DNA of 64,000 bases from assembly GCA_049320885.1 (NCBI GenBank), contig JBMORA010000017.1, positions 64,001 to 128,000 of the forward strand, read 5' to 3'. This stretch comes from Thermodesulfobacteriota bacterium. GTDB lineage: Bacteria; Desulfobacterota; Desulfobacteria; Desulfobacterales; SURF-7. The notes beneath the pieces are model-generated. The model was not told the DNA's origin, ran no database searches, and saw nothing but the letters and a program-made list of their open reading frames with translations. The translations under genes were made by a program, and so were the position numbers. The first letter of the stretch is position 1. Each line of letters begins with the position of its first letter. This document shows positions 8,094-18,735 of this stretch, one piece after another.

Positions 8094-11000
8094 TCAGCGT
8101 TCTTTCGATCCGGACGAGGGGGAACGGAGCCATTTCCGGAGCGACTTGCCCGGGGTAAATCTGTCAACCATTTTGGACGGCAGTGAAATGGTCTGCTTGA
8201 TCAGATTCCGCAAATACTGCTTATCGTTTTCCAGGGGCCCTCCCTTATGAAAAGCCACCGCGGGTTTGCCGATGGTTCCGGTCAGCCGGATGGGGATCAA
8301 TACGAGACCTTTCTCGCCGCCGCCGAGGTCTTTTCCCACCAGGGGAATGGTGGTGACAACCGAATCAATGGATTTGAACGGTTTTGCATACACGATCAAA
8401 TCCAGGGAGTTATCGCTCAATCCGATGGAACCCTTGATAAAAAAGTCCAGGCCGTCTCCCAGGATGAAGGCTTCCCGGATATGACAGCGGTCGCCGGAAA
8501 TGTCGCCGGTCAGCTTCATGTGGGAATACGGATATCCTTCGGCGAAAATATTGCGGATTTTGGATTTGGAAAACAGGTCGGTGACATTGATGAGGGTGAA
8601 AATTTTCGACAGGGCGGGCATCTGATGCAACACCCCGTTTTCAGCCGACACGGTGACATGACCGTTTTCCCATTTGCCGGGCAGGCCCGTGAGTCGGGCG
8701 TCCAGGGTGCATTGGCCGGTCACATATTTCTGCTCAAGGCCCATGCAGGCAAGCAATTCCCGTATATCCCGCGGGGCCGGCCTGCCGGCTGAAATATTGA
8801 TCAGCAGCGGGTCCGGCGGTTTCTTCAGGACACCTGTGGTGGAAACGCCGCAGATGGTTCCTTCGGTGACGGCGACGGAGGCTTTTCCATCCGGCAGCAG
8901 GGCGATTTTCCCGCGCAGAGCGTCCCACACCAACGGCCGGCCGCCAAGGGAGTTTTCCGGGTTTTCCGGCGTGACCTCGAATTGCGCCAGATCGAAAGCG
9001 ATGGAACCGGCAATGGTTGGCCCGGACGATGCGGTGGATCCCGTGGCAGCCCCCGGGGCCGGGTTTCCGGGCGACGGCTCCCCACCGGCATATTTTTCCG
9101 TAAACGCTCGATACAGTCGTAAGAGGTTGCCGGTGGAGAGAAACGGCGAACCAACGGCCAGATCGGTGGTGAAACCGTTGCCGGACAGGGAAACCAATCC
9201 GTCGGCCGTGACGGTCTCCTCATTGAGCGAAAGGGACGCGTTTTTGATTTCCACAAACGCATCATGGCCGATGAGTTCGGCGCGGTTGACGGCCACGCGC
9301 TGATCGCCGGCATGCACCGCAAAGCCCTGGATCCTGGATTCGCCTTTCCAATAACTGGTTTCCGGCCGGTTGAAAACATACTTGAGCTGGAAATCGCCGG
9401 TGATGTTGCCGGAAAGCAGCTTGTTCTCTTCCAGAACCATGGAAACGGTATCCTGCCGGAGGTTTCCCGCAAAACCGATATCCACGCTGGGCGCGGGGGC
9501 TTGTTCAAAAACAGCCCATAGGGTCGCGCTTTCCTCCGGTCGGGTGACGGAAAGTTTCCGGATGGTGAGGGTCTTGTTTTTGTATTCCAGATCGAGGCCG
9601 GTTTTGATTTCCATTCGGCGGGAGACCGGCGTGACCATGTCGGCTGCCAGCGCGATTCCGGTTTTGTCCAAGGCAATGGTAAGGCGTGAAAACCGGCAGG
9701 GCGTTCTGGGGAAAAACTGCGGGGGCAGCCAGTTTTTGTGTTTGATCCATTGGGCGAGCTGCGCTTCCACATTTCCCTGCATGGCGAGGTCGCCGTTGAA
9801 CTGCTGCCAGGAATCGTGCTTCAGGTCCATGCTGACGAGCCACCGCTGGTTTGCGAGACCGATATTTGCCCGGGAAACGCGGATGCGCCGGTCTCCGACC
9901 TGCGCGGAGAGATCCGTCAGCCGGGCGGGTCCGGGCAGATAGGGGGTGTCGATGTCCAGTTCGTCGCCGGCGAAACCGGCTTCATATTTCCAGTCCGCTG
10001 GCCTTGCGATGGTCCCCATGAATCCTGCGCTACGCACGCGGACCAGTCCCCGGATGGAACGCACCATGGCCGGCAGATGTTCCTGAACGGCCGGCCAGGT
10101 AAGGAGTTCCCTGTACAAGGCCTCGGTCTGGATGTCGGCATCCGCTTTTTTCACCTCCAGCCGGAGGCCGTCCTGCCAGGAAACGGTTCCGTCGGTATGA
10201 TGAATGACATGGGGCCCCAGGGCTGCGTTCACCTGGCTCCAGGAAAAGGCGCCGGGATAAAATTCCAGCGTGCCTTTCTTGATGCTCACCGGATGCTGAA
10301 GACGCCGGTAGACCAGGCGGCTGTTGGACTCGGAAACCAGGACCCTGACGGCCGGCTGCCGCAGCGTATCGCCGATGCTCAGCCGGGCTCTGGCGCGTCC
10401 GCCGGCGTCGTCGATGCGGCCGAGCTCGTCCACGACGGCGGGGTTGTTTTTCAGGATATGGTTTTTAAGGAGGTCCGGCAACTCGGCGATGTCGGCATCG
10501 ATGTCCAGGTCAAGATGAAAGGCGCGATCCTCGCCGAGGAGTCCGAGCCGCAGGGCGCCGTTCCGGCCGAAGGAATTGCCGAGCGTGGCGGACAGGTTCG
10601 CCCCGGTCAGCACCGCGTTTTCGATTGTTATCGGCCCGCTGGCATCCACGAGATCCAGGTCGACCCCCGGAACCTGAACGACGGCGTTTTCGGCCAGGGC
10701 CGTTATCCGCATCCTGCTCAATTTTTTAAAATCCGCCGTATATCCCTGGAAGGCGAATCCCCCGCTTTTCGCGCGGCCGCCCCGGACAATGCCGCAGACC
10801 AGCCCGGCAACCCGGTGGTTTGCGAATACCGAAAGGACCTTCTCCCTTGCCGCGGTGAGATCGATGCCCTCACCCTGGATATCCAGGGTCCAGAATTTCC
10901 CGCTGCGGCCGCCAGCCTCCGTATCCCGGTTTTCCAGGCGGACGGCCGCGGTCAGTCTTTCGATGAAGGGGAGCCGGCAGGCGCCGCGGATATCCACCGC

Positions 11001-11531
11001 GGCCGGGTCGACGGCGACCGTGGCGTCCAGCGCCGCTATTTCCAGCGGCGGGTCCTGACCGGCCAGGCCTGAGAGAAAACCGTCGGACGGCAGAACGATG
11101 CGGCCGTTCCGCACGGTTATGGCCATGCCGGGCAGCGCTTGTTTCCGTTCGGGGCCGGCCGGTTTTTTCCTGGCTGGTTTTTTCCCAAGGGTTTTGATGC
11201 AAAGGGCGGGGGATTGCAGCGTCACCTCGAATGGCGGCCGCCCCGGCGGCGAACCCCAGAGATGATAGCGAGCGGATGCTTCCGGAATGTCTACTGCCAT
11301 CATGTCATTGGATACCCGGACCGCTTCCAGGTCCAGATGCGGTGAGGGCAGCCAGGCCAGCGACGCCGTTTTCACTTGGCAATGCCCGCCAAGAGCCGCA
11401 CCCAGGAAGGCGGTGATCCGGTCCCGCACCGGCGCAAGGGTCAGCAGGCGGGGCGTCGCGAAGCCAAGCAGGGCGATGATCAGCAGGCAGACGGCTGCCG
11501 GAATCAGCATTATTTTGCAGAATCGAACCAT
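8094..11531 (-). CDS. AsmA-like/YhdP-type large periplasmic protein (putative lipid-transport bridge)
   Basis: 1145 aa; N-terminal TM anchor; long beta-rich body; C-terminal AsmA_2-like segment (GSIGLSDNSLDL...PFKSIDSVVTTIPLVG...IPIRLTGTIGKP). Confidence 0.75.
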   Translation of the reverse strand: MVRFCKIMLIPAAVCLLIIALLGFATPRLLTLAPVRDRITAFLGAALGGHCQVKTASLAWLPSPHLDLEAVRVSNDMMAVDIPEASARYHLWGSPPGRPPFEVTLQSPALCIKTLGKKPARKKPAGPERKQALPGMAITVRNGRIVLPSDGFLSGLAGQDPPLEIAALDATVAVDPAAVDIRGACRLPFIERLTAAVRLENRDTEAGGRSGKFWTLDIQGEGIDLTAAREKVLSVFANHRVAGLVCGIVRGGRAKSGGFAFQGYTADFKKLSRMRITALAENAVVQVPGVDLDLVDASGPITIENAVLTGANLSATLGNSFGRNGALRLGLLGEDRAFHLDLDIDADIAELPDLLKNHILKNNPAVVDELGRIDDAGGRARARLSIGDTLRQPAVRVLVSESNSRLVYRRLQHPVSIKKGTLEFYPGAFSWSQVNAALGPHVIHHTDGTVSWQDGLRLEVKKADADIQTEALYRELLTWPAVQEHLPAMVRSIRGLVRVRSAGFMGTIARPADWKYEAGFAGDELDIDTPYLPGPARLTDLSAQVGDRRIRVSRANIGLANQRWLVSMDLKHDSWQQFNGDLAMQGNVEAQLAQWIKHKNWLPPQFFPRTPCRFSRLTIALDKTGIALAADMVTPVSRRMEIKTGLDLEYKNKTLTIRKLSVTRPEESATLWAVFEQAPAPSVDIGFAGNLRQDTVSMVLEENKLLSGNITGDFQLKYVFNRPETSYWKGESRIQGFAVHAGDQRVAVNRAELIGHDAFVEIKNASLSLNEETVTADGLVSLSGNGFTTDLAVGSPFLSTGNLLRLYRAFTEKYAGGEPSPGNPAPGAATGSTASSGPTIAGSIAFDLAQFEVTPENPENSLGGRPLVWDALRGKIALLPDGKASVAVTEGTICGVSTTGVLKKPPDPLLINISAGRPAPRDIRELLACMGLEQKYVTGQCTLDARLTGLPGKWENGHVTVSAENGVLHQMPALSKIFTLINVTDLFSKSKIRNIFAEGYPYSHMKLTGDISGDRCHIREAFILGDGLDFFIKGSIGLSDNSLDLIVYAKPFKSIDSVVTTIPLVGKDLGGGEKGLVLIPIRLTGTIGKPAVAFHKGGPLENDKQYLRNLIKQTISLPSKMVDRFTPGKSLRKWLRSPSSGSKER

Positions 11532-11533
11532 AC

Positions 11534-13966
11534 CTACCAGGCCATCCGTTCCGCGTCCCCTTTTTCGCCGATGCGGTGAAACCGGTAGAGGTCGAACACA
11601 CCGCCCTCGACGGGTTCCCGCTCCATGAAGGTGCGGTAATGCCAGTCGGCTTCCTGCCAGAAATCGGGGCTGTTGCGCTGGATCGAATATTTCCGGGCCA
11701 GCATGAAATAATCCACCGGGTCCTTCACCTGCAGATAGATGTCGACAGCCGCTTCCAGTTCCTCGAAGGGGATGCGCGAAAAGGCGTTGGGATAGCTGCC
11801 CATGTGACCTTTCACGACGGTCAGGGTGTCGTCCTCGATACGACGGCGGCGGTCCTCCTGGAACATCATGGAGTTGTTGCTCAGGGCCTTGTTGCGGATG
11901 AGGGTGTAGGCCAGATCCTTCTCCCCGCCGTTCATGACGATATGCATAAACGCCACATCCGGCAGGGGCTGCAAGCGCGCTCCCTTGATTTTCGTCAGCC
12001 GCCGTATCTGCCGGTCCGCGGCCTGTTCCAGGGGACCGGCATCCGGGTCGCGGCAGTCGTCCTGCTCGCAGCGGTTCAGGAAATCATGTTGGACGGCGGC
12101 CGGACCCGCATGGGCCAGCAGTTTACGAAAAAACTCGTTTTGGGGGTCGCGGGTGTGGAAAGCGACGCGGGTGCCGCGTCCGGTGCCGTGAAACTGTTCC
12201 GCGAGGTATTCCCTGGCTTCCTCCCGGGCGCCGCTGTACCAGCCGTCCCAGATTCTCTGGCGGCACTCCGGGGGCAGAAAGGACAGGAAATTGCTCTCGC
12301 CTTCCATGCGCAGGTAGTCCATATGAATCCGCGTTTCGGCCTGGTGGCCGACATTGCCGTACACATTGAAGCCGGCCACCAGCAGATAATGAACGCGCTC
12401 GAAGAGCGGATAATCGATGATCCAACCGGTTTCGGGCAGTTGACCCACAAACCCCTTGACCACGCTGGCGCTGTCGAAATGCCTGAAAATCGTCAGCAGG
12501 GCGTTGTCATTGAACCCGTCGCCGTCCCAGATGAACTCCATTCCCCGGCCCTTGCCGGACGGGTCCAGTTTTGTCAGATAACGGTTCCGGGCCTCCAGAT
12601 ACTGCCGCTGCAACCCGCGGTACTTACGCCAGACCTTCAAAATGCGGATATTGCTTTCTTCTTCCGACGGCAGGCGCAGGAAATCGCTGACTTCGGACAA
12701 AAAGGCCGAATCCGTGCTGATGGCGTCCAATTCCGGATTCGTGAAGGCCACGAAAAAATGATCGTTGATCACATTGAGGGCGATCTGACCGCGGCAGACA
12801 GGCCCTTTGATGAATCCCATCACGAAAAAGGCGGCGTCATCCAGCATGAAGCGGTAGCGGGATTCGGCCGGAATGGCCGCGAATGTCTTGAAGGCGTTGG
12901 CTTTCGTATCGTCGGCATAGCCCGGGAGCCGGTCCACCGCATAGGCGGGCTGGAGGAACAGTTCCCGGTAACGCGCCAACTTTTTCGGGTTCAGGCGATA
13001 GACCGTATGGTCCTTGACCGCCACGACGGCGTCCATCCGCCGGAATCGGTAATAGCATGTCGCTACCCCGGGATCGTCGTAAGGGCGGGTGGTGTTGATT
13101 TCCGCCACCGGCTGCCCCGGGGGCGTTTTGGAACGCACCAGGCGGTAAAACTCCCGGTCCGGCAATCCTTCGAAATGGATCCGGCCGATGAACAAATGCT
13201 CGTAAATATAGCGCGACATCAGCCGCTGTTTGGGGGTGTCGCCGTTCAGAAACGCTTCCCATTCCGCGACAATCCGTTGGGCCTTTGCCGACATGTCCGG
13301 TCCGGGTCCGACCCGGGCTCCTTGCCGCAGCCATTCCACCAGGGTCCGGTGATCCTGTTCGGGTAGACCCGGCAGGGCATAGGGCATGCCCCAGAGCGGG
13401 TATTTCTCTTCGAACTCGGCGAAGTCCTCGACGGTGGTGCAGATGTAGTTGTGATCCAGCCGCAGATCGAAGGTTTCCGACAAAAGTCCCGTTTCCGGCA
13501 GCGGGTTCTTCTGTTTCAATCGCAGCATCCGATAGAGCAGGGAGTTATCCAGATTGGCGTCCGGGTCCTGGCGTCTTTCGTTCAACACCGGATGAAAATC
13601 CAGCCCGCGCCAGGCAGTCGCCGTATCCGCATCAATGGACAGCCGGGTGGGTGGGTCGGCCGTGATCCGGGCGGAATCGTAGACCAGTTTCTTGCTGCCG
13701 CCGCGTTCAATCCCTTCGAAACTGGTCATTTTCAACTGACAGGGAGCGTCGTAACAGCTGTGGCAGACATCGCAGCGCTGCTCCAGTATGGGCTGGACAT
13801 CCTCATGGAACGAAACCAGGTCCGGCGCCTCCCCTGCCATGTTCCGATCAACAGGTGCGGCGGGGCCGTATCGGGCGTTGAATTCCGCCAGGCGGTAGAG
13901 GGTGCATCCGGCAAGAATTGAAAAAGCCAGCAACAGGAAAATCCGATATTTGGTTCTCATACCCAC
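11534..13966 (-). CDS. cti: Fatty acid cis/trans isomerase (heme c), lipoprotein signal
   Basis: VQPILEQRCDVCHSCYDAPCQLK (CxxCH), RYIYEHLF, FIKGPVCRGQIALNVIND, LTIFRHFDSASVVKG, YLRMEGESNFL, GSYPN; lipobox LAGC. Confidence 0.95.
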   Translation of the reverse strand: MGMRTKYRIFLLLAFSILAGCTLYRLAEFNARYGPAAPVDRNMAGEAPDLVSFHEDVQPILEQRCDVCHSCYDAPCQLKMTSFEGIERGGSKKLVYDSARITADPPTRLSIDADTATAWRGLDFHPVLNERRQDPDANLDNSLLYRMLRLKQKNPLPETGLLSETFDLRLDHNYICTTVEDFAEFEEKYPLWGMPYALPGLPEQDHRTLVEWLRQGARVGPGPDMSAKAQRIVAEWEAFLNGDTPKQRLMSRYIYEHLFIGRIHFEGLPDREFYRLVRSKTPPGQPVAEINTTRPYDDPGVATCYYRFRRMDAVVAVKDHTVYRLNPKKLARYRELFLQPAYAVDRLPGYADDTKANAFKTFAAIPAESRYRFMLDDAAFFVMGFIKGPVCRGQIALNVINDHFFVAFTNPELDAISTDSAFLSEVSDFLRLPSEEESNIRILKVWRKYRGLQRQYLEARNRYLTKLDPSGKGRGMEFIWDGDGFNDNALLTIFRHFDSASVVKGFVGQLPETGWIIDYPLFERVHYLLVAGFNVYGNVGHQAETRIHMDYLRMEGESNFLSFLPPECRQRIWDGWYSGAREEAREYLAEQFHGTGRGTRVAFHTRDPQNEFFRKLLAHAGPAAVQHDFLNRCEQDDCRDPDAGPLEQAADRQIRRLTKIKGARLQPLPDVAFMHIVMNGGEKDLAYTLIRNKALSNNSMMFQEDRRRRIEDDTLTVVKGHMGSYPNAFSRIPFEELEAAVDIYLQVKDPVDYFMLARKYSIQRNSPDFWQEADWHYRTFMEREPVEGGVFDLYRFHRIGEKGDAERMAW

Positions 13967-14007
13967 GCTCCATTGAAAGAACTAGTCTCCAGCTCACGGC
14001 ATTTCGA

Positions 14008-15591
14008 TCAATTTTTCAACCGTATGGTTTCCAGCCGGCCCGCCCGGCGATGGACGAACTCCGGCACGTTGGCGGCCATGTCGCCGTCGCTGAAACGGGC
14101 CAGACGGACCGGAGGGGAATCGCTCCCGTTTTCGTCGATATGGGTGATATATATTTCCGTATAAATTGAATTCGCTTTCGAGCTGAAGAGCAGCCATCTG
14201 CCGTTCGGGGACCAGCTGTGCCAGGAGTTGAACTCCTCGCGGTTGCAGCTCATTTTCCGGGCCTCGCCGCCCGTGGAAGGGATCAGAAACAGTTCACTGT
14301 CCGGCTGGAGCATGATGCCCGATCTGCTGCGGGTGTAGACGATCCATCGGCCGTCCGGCGAGAAACGCGGGAAGTAATTGCTCATGCCGTTGGCGGAAGC
14401 CCCGCTCAGCGGCCGGGGCGCGCCGCCCTTTCCGCCGTTGAACGGGAGGGTCCAGATATCGAACTGGATGGGGAACCGCCGGTTGAGTTCCTCGATGCCG
14501 CAGTTTTCCACATGGGTTTTGACGTCGGCGATGTCGTCATGGTAGGCGTTCCTGGTTTCGGCGCGGGCAAAGGCGATTTGCCGTTCATCCGGGCTGAAGG
14601 CCGGGTCGGTCTGAATAGAAGCGGGATCGTCGGCGCCCTTCAGACTCCGGAACTCCCGCTTCTCGATGGCGTAAACGGCCAGAATCCCGTAAGTGGGAAA
14701 GAAAAGCTGGCAATAGGCCGGGTCGTTGGTCAGTGCCATGTAGGAAATTTCATTGACCGTGCCGACCAGATACTTGCCGGATGGCGACAGGCGGGCGAAA
14801 AGCCCCCTGGTTGCGGGAAGGATCTCCGGTTTTGGAAAATCGTTCCAGGTCATGAAATCCGACCCGGACAGGACGATATCCTTCCGGATGTCGGCAATGA
14901 GCTGGGCGCCGGCGTCGTTTCGATAATTCATTTCCATGCTGATGCGGTTGCCGTCGGCCGTCACCTGGTGACAGCTGGCGCACACCGGAATGTCCTCCAT
15001 GACCACGGACGGTTCCCCATAGGCCGCGATATCCCCCAGCCGCCATTTGATTCTGCGGAAATGCTCCTCCCCGACCTGGAAGGGTAGCGGCACCTGACGA
15101 TACAGGATCAGGGCGTCCACGGGATCCGTGGATGTCCGAATGCGGACAGCGCCGTCGGAAACTGGCTGCGGGGAATGGAGATCGGTAAAGCCGGTGATGG
15201 CGATGCGGGCCGGGGTTTCCACGGACTCCTGTTTGATGGTTTCCCACATTTTCCTGGCCGGCGACCAATGCGTTTCCCGGGTCACGTCGGTGACGAGCGG
15301 GCGGCCGCCCGTCTCCACGGCCACCAGCCAAAAACGGGCTTCCGGGTTCGGATCGTTCCAGGCGATCACCGGCGCCGCGATTTCCGGCGGAAACACCGCC
15401 CCATCGCAGGGCGCCGTTATCCTCAGCAAGCCGGCCGGGGCATTCCCCGCTGGAACTTGAAGCTGGCGGGCGATACGGCGGATTTCTTCCTTCCCCGGCG
15501 ACGGAAACGGCAGCGTCCGCTCCTGAAAGCGGCATCCCGCCGCCAGTGCGGCCGTCAGCAGCAAAATGCAATATAGGTTATGGAGGATCAT
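14008..15591 (-). CDS. TolB-like (PD40 beta-propeller) lipoprotein with one CxxCH motif
   Basis: Lipobox AAGC; CASCH; PD40 repeats PAFSPDERQIAF, PRFSPDGRWIVY, HSWSPNGRWLLF. Confidence 0.8.
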   Translation of the reverse strand: MILHNLYCILLLTAALAAGCRFQERTLPFPSPGKEEIRRIARQLQVPAGNAPAGLLRITAPCDGAVFPPEIAAPVIAWNDPNPEARFWLVAVETGGRPLVTDVTRETHWSPARKMWETIKQESVETPARIAITGFTDLHSPQPVSDGAVRIRTSTDPVDALILYRQVPLPFQVGEEHFRRIKWRLGDIAAYGEPSVVMEDIPVCASCHQVTADGNRISMEMNYRNDAGAQLIADIRKDIVLSGSDFMTWNDFPKPEILPATRGLFARLSPSGKYLVGTVNEISYMALTNDPAYCQLFFPTYGILAVYAIEKREFRSLKGADDPASIQTDPAFSPDERQIAFARAETRNAYHDDIADVKTHVENCGIEELNRRFPIQFDIWTLPFNGGKGGAPRPLSGASANGMSNYFPRFSPDGRWIVYTRSRSGIMLQPDSELFLIPSTGGEARKMSCNREEFNSWHSWSPNGRWLLFSSKANSIYTEIYITHIDENGSDSPPVRLARFSDGDMAANVPEFVHRRAGRLETIRLKN

Positions 15592-15655
15592 GTCTTTTCA
15601 GAATTCCGGGGCCGGCAGCCGGGATGAGTTGTATCCGGTGTGCGCACGGACGGGT

Positions 15656-16660
15656 TCATCGCGGCGGCAGCGGCAATCCTTCCCTGATTTTTCGAGAGAA
15701 CTCCGGATCATCGCCGACCGCCCTGGCCTGGGGGTTGATGAGGCTCGCCCGCCTCAGTTTTTCAAAGGGCAGCCGGTTGTCCAGTCCTCCGAGTTCATAG
15801 ATGTACTGCGGCGTATATCCACTCAGAAGTATTTTCCAGTTGTAGCGCAGCTGGTCGTTGAAGGTCCTGACATGCATCACCACATTGGTGGTGCAGTTGG
15901 TGGTGAGGGTGTTGTACCAGGCAGGCTGTGTTTTCATGGCGTTGATCTGCCGGATATATTCCATGAAGAGTTTGCGGGCCCTCTCCGGGGGGGACTTGGT
16001 GCGGTACAGATACACATCTTCCGGCGGCCGGCGGTAATCCGTCCGCACCCGGATGAGGTCCCGCTCGTCGCCGGCGATGTAGATGAGCTCATACTGTTTG
16101 AAAAAACCCTTCAGGGTGGAATAGGCTTCGTCTTTCTCCTTGCGGGTCTCGATGGAAAAGGTGAGAAAGTCCTGTTCCTGGAAACCGAAACTGATCATGA
16201 TATGGGCGATGGCGTCGCCCATCCAGTAAACGGCGATCAGATCCAGGGAATCGAGCTTGTCGAGATCGAAGGTCTTGTCGTAATAGTGGACATCGAAATC
16301 GGTTTCGGTGCGGTAGTGGATATTCCGGATATTATGCACCGTCACCCGGGATCCCTGGACGTCGGCATGGGGCAGGACCGCCACATCCGGCTGCCAGTCG
16401 CGGGAATTGGACGGCTCGATGGACGTCCACCCGGCAACCAGCAGGGCGAACACGACCATGAATCCCGCCAGGGCGCGTTTGCGGTTTTTCACCAGGATGA
16501 AGACGGCCAGGGTGCCGGCCGCGAAACCCGTCGCGATGGCGGTCTTGAGTCCGTCTCCGGGCAGGTCCGAATAGACGATCGCCAGGCATGCCCAGATCGT
16601 CGACAGGGTGACGATGGTACCCAGAAAGAGTCGCGCCAGCACTCCCGCCAGCTGTTTCAT
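15656..16660 (-). CDS. DUF4105 (Lnb N-terminal-like) membrane protein
   Basis: Three N-terminal TM segments; PSNSRDWQPD, AHIMISFGF, SIETRKE, DERDLIRVRT, YNTLTTNCTT, ILLSGY. ATG 16660 overlaps the upstream stop (ATGA). Confidence 0.85.
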   Translation of the reverse strand: MKQLAGVLARLFLGTIVTLSTIWACLAIVYSDLPGDGLKTAIATGFAAGTLAVFILVKNRKRALAGFMVVFALLVAGWTSIEPSNSRDWQPDVAVLPHADVQGSRVTVHNIRNIHYRTETDFDVHYYDKTFDLDKLDSLDLIAVYWMGDAIAHIMISFGFQEQDFLTFSIETRKEKDEAYSTLKGFFKQYELIYIAGDERDLIRVRTDYRRPPEDVYLYRTKSPPERARKLFMEYIRQINAMKTQPAWYNTLTTNCTTNVVMHVRTFNDQLRYNWKILLSGYTPQYIYELGGLDNRLPFEKLRRASLINPQARAVGDDPEFSRKIREGLPLPPR

Positions 16661-18630
16661 TGCAAGGATTCCTTTGTCTTGTCGAGATGTTCCAGCAAAA
16701 TTCGGCGAACTTCCTCGATGGTGGCCGGATGGTCCTGGGTGGAGTGGCCGGAATGGACGATGAACTCCGAGGCAACTCCTTCCAGGTGGGCGCTGCTGTA
16801 ATCCACCACCCCATCGGTCCATTCTTCCCTGGGATCGTCCGGGTTGTTCACGGCGCAGATGGAATGCGCGGTTATTCCGGGCGAAACGGGCAGGGGCGAC
16901 AGGGTTTTGACGAAAAAGCTGTTCGGATCCATGTTGTCCGTGCTCCGGGCGATCTTGTCGATGGATATGGTCGCTTCCAGTTCGGGATTCTGTTTGACGA
17001 TCTCCTTCATGGTTTTCACCAGACGGTTCGGCAGGGAAATGAATTCCCGCAGGGACCGGGTGACCCAGCCGCCGGCCAGATAACTGCCTTTATGCGGCGT
17101 GGCCAGAAAAACCACCCGCTTGACGGAAGGGATCGGCTTGAAGAAGAGGCTGCGTCGCAGAATCTCCTTGGCCTCCTCCGAGGCCTTCAGTTCCTCAAAG
17201 GGCTTCTGGAAGGCCTTGTCCCATAGAATCGTGCCGTTATCAACGGTCATCAGCTTGGTCAGGAGTCCGCCCTGGCTGTGGCCGATGACCACCATGTGCC
17301 CCAGGGCCGGATCTTCTCCCGAGGGATCCAGCTCTTTCACGATGTTGCGCAACCCATCGGCGAGGATGCCGGCGGAATAGACGATGGGGTTGCCCGTGTT
17401 ATAGGTGAACAACCAGAATTGGTAGCTCCTCCAGAGATGGGGATCATTGGAGAGTTCGTTGAACATTTCCGCCCAGCGGGCCGGACTGGATGCCGTTCCA
17501 TGCACGAACACCACCGGGATGAGTCCCTTGCGGTAGGGCGCCATGAGGAAGAGGTTGTCCCGGAATCTGGCCTTGTCCTTGACCAGGGATAGATTTCCCG
17601 AGAAAAGCGCCGAGAGTTCCACGTCATAGGCCCGCGAGCCCTCGAGGGTGTAGGCCAGGGCGGAACTGCACTCGTATTCGAGGGGCACCTTGTGTTCCTG
17701 AATGTCGACCGTGGTGGCCTCCACGGGGGTGTAGAACTCCAGCGATCCCCGGACCTTGCCGTTTTTGATGCCTTCCGTGGCGTTATCCAGTCTCAGAAAG
17801 GCGGTGACGGGCACCTTGAGTTTCGGCGGAATCCGTCTGTAGGCCGGGTCGTCCACTCCCTTCAGCGGTTTTGTCGAAGCGGCCAGCGGCGCGCCGATGC
17901 CGGGCCAGCGGTACCGATTGCGAAGCCCCCGGACATCGAAATCGGCGGTTGAGACAAAATTCGTCAGTTTGAAAGAACCCCACAGGAATTCTTCCGGCGG
18001 GATCTTTACGGTCAGTTCGCCGAAGGGCAACTGGATTGTCTTTTCATCCGCATCCGGCTGGACGTCACCGATTTTTTTAAAGGACAACGCCGAGGCAATG
18101 CTCAGGTTGTACAGGTCCAATGCGGTGCGCAGGCGGGGGTCGGACGGTTGCGGGGCGGCGGCTCCGTCCTCGGGAAAGAGAAAGGCATAGGCGTATACCG
18201 CCGTGGCGAAAAAATAAGGTTTGGTCCCTTCCCCGATGGCATGGGCGTAGCTGAGCTCGGCGAGAGCGAAGAGCCGGTCGGACTCCGAAGCGGTGGGAAG
18301 CCCCTTGTGAAGAGCGGCGATGACCTCCTCGGGCTGATCCTCGAATTGTTCGTCGAGTCCGGCGCGGTTGAGAATCTGCCGGGTGGTGGCGCTCAACTGG
18401 TCACCCGACAGGATGCTGGCGGTCAGGTTCCGCTGCACCTGCTTCGGATCGATGGACCGCACGCCCACCGGGGTGGCGCATCCGATGAGCAGCAGCGCGA
18501 TCATTGCCGGTATCACCCGGATGCCTGCCCGCCGGAGGCTGCGGGGTATGCGCGGGTCCGCGGAAAGGTTTCTCGACAGGAACTCTCCGGTCAGCTGTTT
18601 CCATGGATTAGCGTGAATTCGATGGCGCAT
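16657..18630 (-). CDS. Alpha/beta-hydrolase (lipase/esterase-like) lipoprotein
   Basis: PVVFVHGTASS oxyanion motif, GHSQGG nucleophile elbow, TPHKGS, DGVV, SGHS; lipobox LIGC; GAGG RBS before ATG 18630. Confidence 0.85.
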   Translation of the reverse strand: MRHRIHANPWKQLTGEFLSRNLSADPRIPRSLRRAGIRVIPAMIALLLIGCATPVGVRSIDPKQVQRNLTASILSGDQLSATTRQILNRAGLDEQFEDQPEEVIAALHKGLPTASESDRLFALAELSYAHAIGEGTKPYFFATAVYAYAFLFPEDGAAAPQPSDPRLRTALDLYNLSIASALSFKKIGDVQPDADEKTIQLPFGELTVKIPPEEFLWGSFKLTNFVSTADFDVRGLRNRYRWPGIGAPLAASTKPLKGVDDPAYRRIPPKLKVPVTAFLRLDNATEGIKNGKVRGSLEFYTPVEATTVDIQEHKVPLEYECSSALAYTLEGSRAYDVELSALFSGNLSLVKDKARFRDNLFLMAPYRKGLIPVVFVHGTASSPARWAEMFNELSNDPHLWRSYQFWLFTYNTGNPIVYSAGILADGLRNIVKELDPSGEDPALGHMVVIGHSQGGLLTKLMTVDNGTILWDKAFQKPFEELKASEEAKEILRRSLFFKPIPSVKRVVFLATPHKGSYLAGGWVTRSLREFISLPNRLVKTMKEIVKQNPELEATISIDKIARSTDNMDPNSFFVKTLSPLPVSPGITAHSICAVNNPDDPREEWTDGVVDYSSAHLEGVASEFIVHSGHSTQDHPATIEEVRRILLEHLDKTKESLQ

Positions 18631-18735
18631 TGATGACCTCTTGTATGGTTGACGGCTAATTTCCAGGAAGATTCCGATCCATGGACACATCCCGGCCGAT
18701 GCCCGGCAACAGGGTGGTAACCGATGAGATGAACG

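Noticed and set aside
11576..13366. 596-aa plus-strand ORF (similar long ORFs at 20210-22015, 24819-26639, 30287-31993, 60189-62333)
   Set aside because: Antisense shadows of well-supported GC-rich genes, with no recognisable motifs.
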